DNA of 63,943 bases, the filler included, from Phoronis australis (taxonomy: Eukaryota; Animalia; Phoronida), in the NCBI GenBank assembly GCA_002633005.1. It is 12 parts of 12 records of this genome, joined end to end, with 100 filler letters (N's around TTAATTAATTAA, not from the genome) between each part and the next. Parts side by side here need not be neighbours in the genome. Positions count along the whole stretch, not along the records: positions 61,487 to 63,943 come from NMRA01003662.1; 11 more parts are not named here. One strand, 5' to 3'. Positions 63,260 through 63,943 of the stretch are shown here, piece after piece (positions within the stretch are counted from its first letter, which is position 1; each line of letters opens with the position of its first letter). The notes under the pieces are model-generated. The model had not been told where the DNA came from. It did not search any database and worked only from the letters and a program-made list of their open reading frames with translations. A program made the translations under genes and the position numbers.

Positions 63260-63943
63260 TTTCATATTAGCATCTGACATGAGCTCATCACAACCTTCAA
63301 CTCTCCCAAGACATTTTCTTCTTCTTTAGCGAGATCGTTTTCTGACTCAAAAAGTGTTTTTTCGCATAGTTCAACTTTTCCTGCTGTTTTTCTGTGTCAT
63401 TCCCAGTTCAACTTTTCCTGGCTTGTGCTTCTTGCCATAATTGCCTGTTCTTGTCTCTATTCTTCTAGTCATGCCTGATAATTTGCATGTGCACATTTGA
63501 AAGCCAATCTGAGTTCCTTAGTCAATGGAATTCTCTCAGGCTTGCCATCCACAGGAACACAAAATCAAACAGCTTCCTTCACAGAGCGGAGACCTACCAT
63601 GGTTGCTTCGACCATACCGACCTTTAGAAAGTAACTAATATGTAAGAATTAAATTAAATGGACATACTTCTTTCCGACTCAGCATCAGTTAATGCAAGGA
63701 CGAGTCCAGCTTTCACAATTGATAGGAGTATTTCATATCTAACTCTTCCGTCAACACCACTCGGTGAAAAAAACACCGTTCCAGAAATCTTCAACTTCAG
63801 CACAGGAAACAAACGGTGGCACATCTCCATCACACTGATACATTTTCCATTCATCAACCACACATGACATGTCGGCAGTTGGTTGCACCTTCCTCGCCAC
63901 TCCTTGGATAACTACCACATAGCTCTTGCTTTCCTGTCTCAGA
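63260..63943 (-). mobile_element. hAT-superfamily transposase C-terminal remnant (dimerisation-domain region), degenerate
   Basis: VVDEWKMYQ..VEDFWNGVF..RYEILLSIVKAGLVLA..AESERSMS..TMVGLRSVKEAV..IPLTKELR..AHANYQ, with stops and frameshifts. Confidence 0.65.

Overview
This is AT-rich animal genomic DNA (probably a marine invertebrate; the taxon cannot be fixed from sequence), not prokaryotic. It is a concatenation of 12 unrelated contigs joined by 100-bp artificial spacers (N44-TTAATTAATTAA-N44), so linkage across spacers is meaningless and most listed ORFs are spurious. Recognisable spliced gene fragments: four exons of a giant Cys-rich CPxGxYC-repeat protein, a TSP1+Sushi exon pair, an EGF/EB exon pair, the first coding exon of a Zn-dependent (MDR) dehydrogenase, and exons 1-2 of CoREST (RCOR). 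Mobile DNA: a nearly complete but dead PIF/Harbinger element (Myb/SANT gene plus transposase), a decayed Ty3/gypsy pol with PPT and a 148-bp 3' LTR, L1/Tx1-type LINE relics, a hAT transposase relic, a Kolobok-like TTAA element, HINE-like repeats, several MITEs and many minisatellites. The most unusual items are not visible in the ORF track: (i) a 4-5-exon orphan Pro-rich ORF (16711-23173) with an RRSSRNRRRPRRLIEEL motif like a retroelement integrase tail; (ii) a ~5.7-kb array of short and long exon-like monomers, each with a 3' splice-site-like motif; (iii) an acidic SQ-rich ORF with one in-frame TGA inside a large dispersed repeat; (iv) a minisatellite made of five copies of a 3' splice site.
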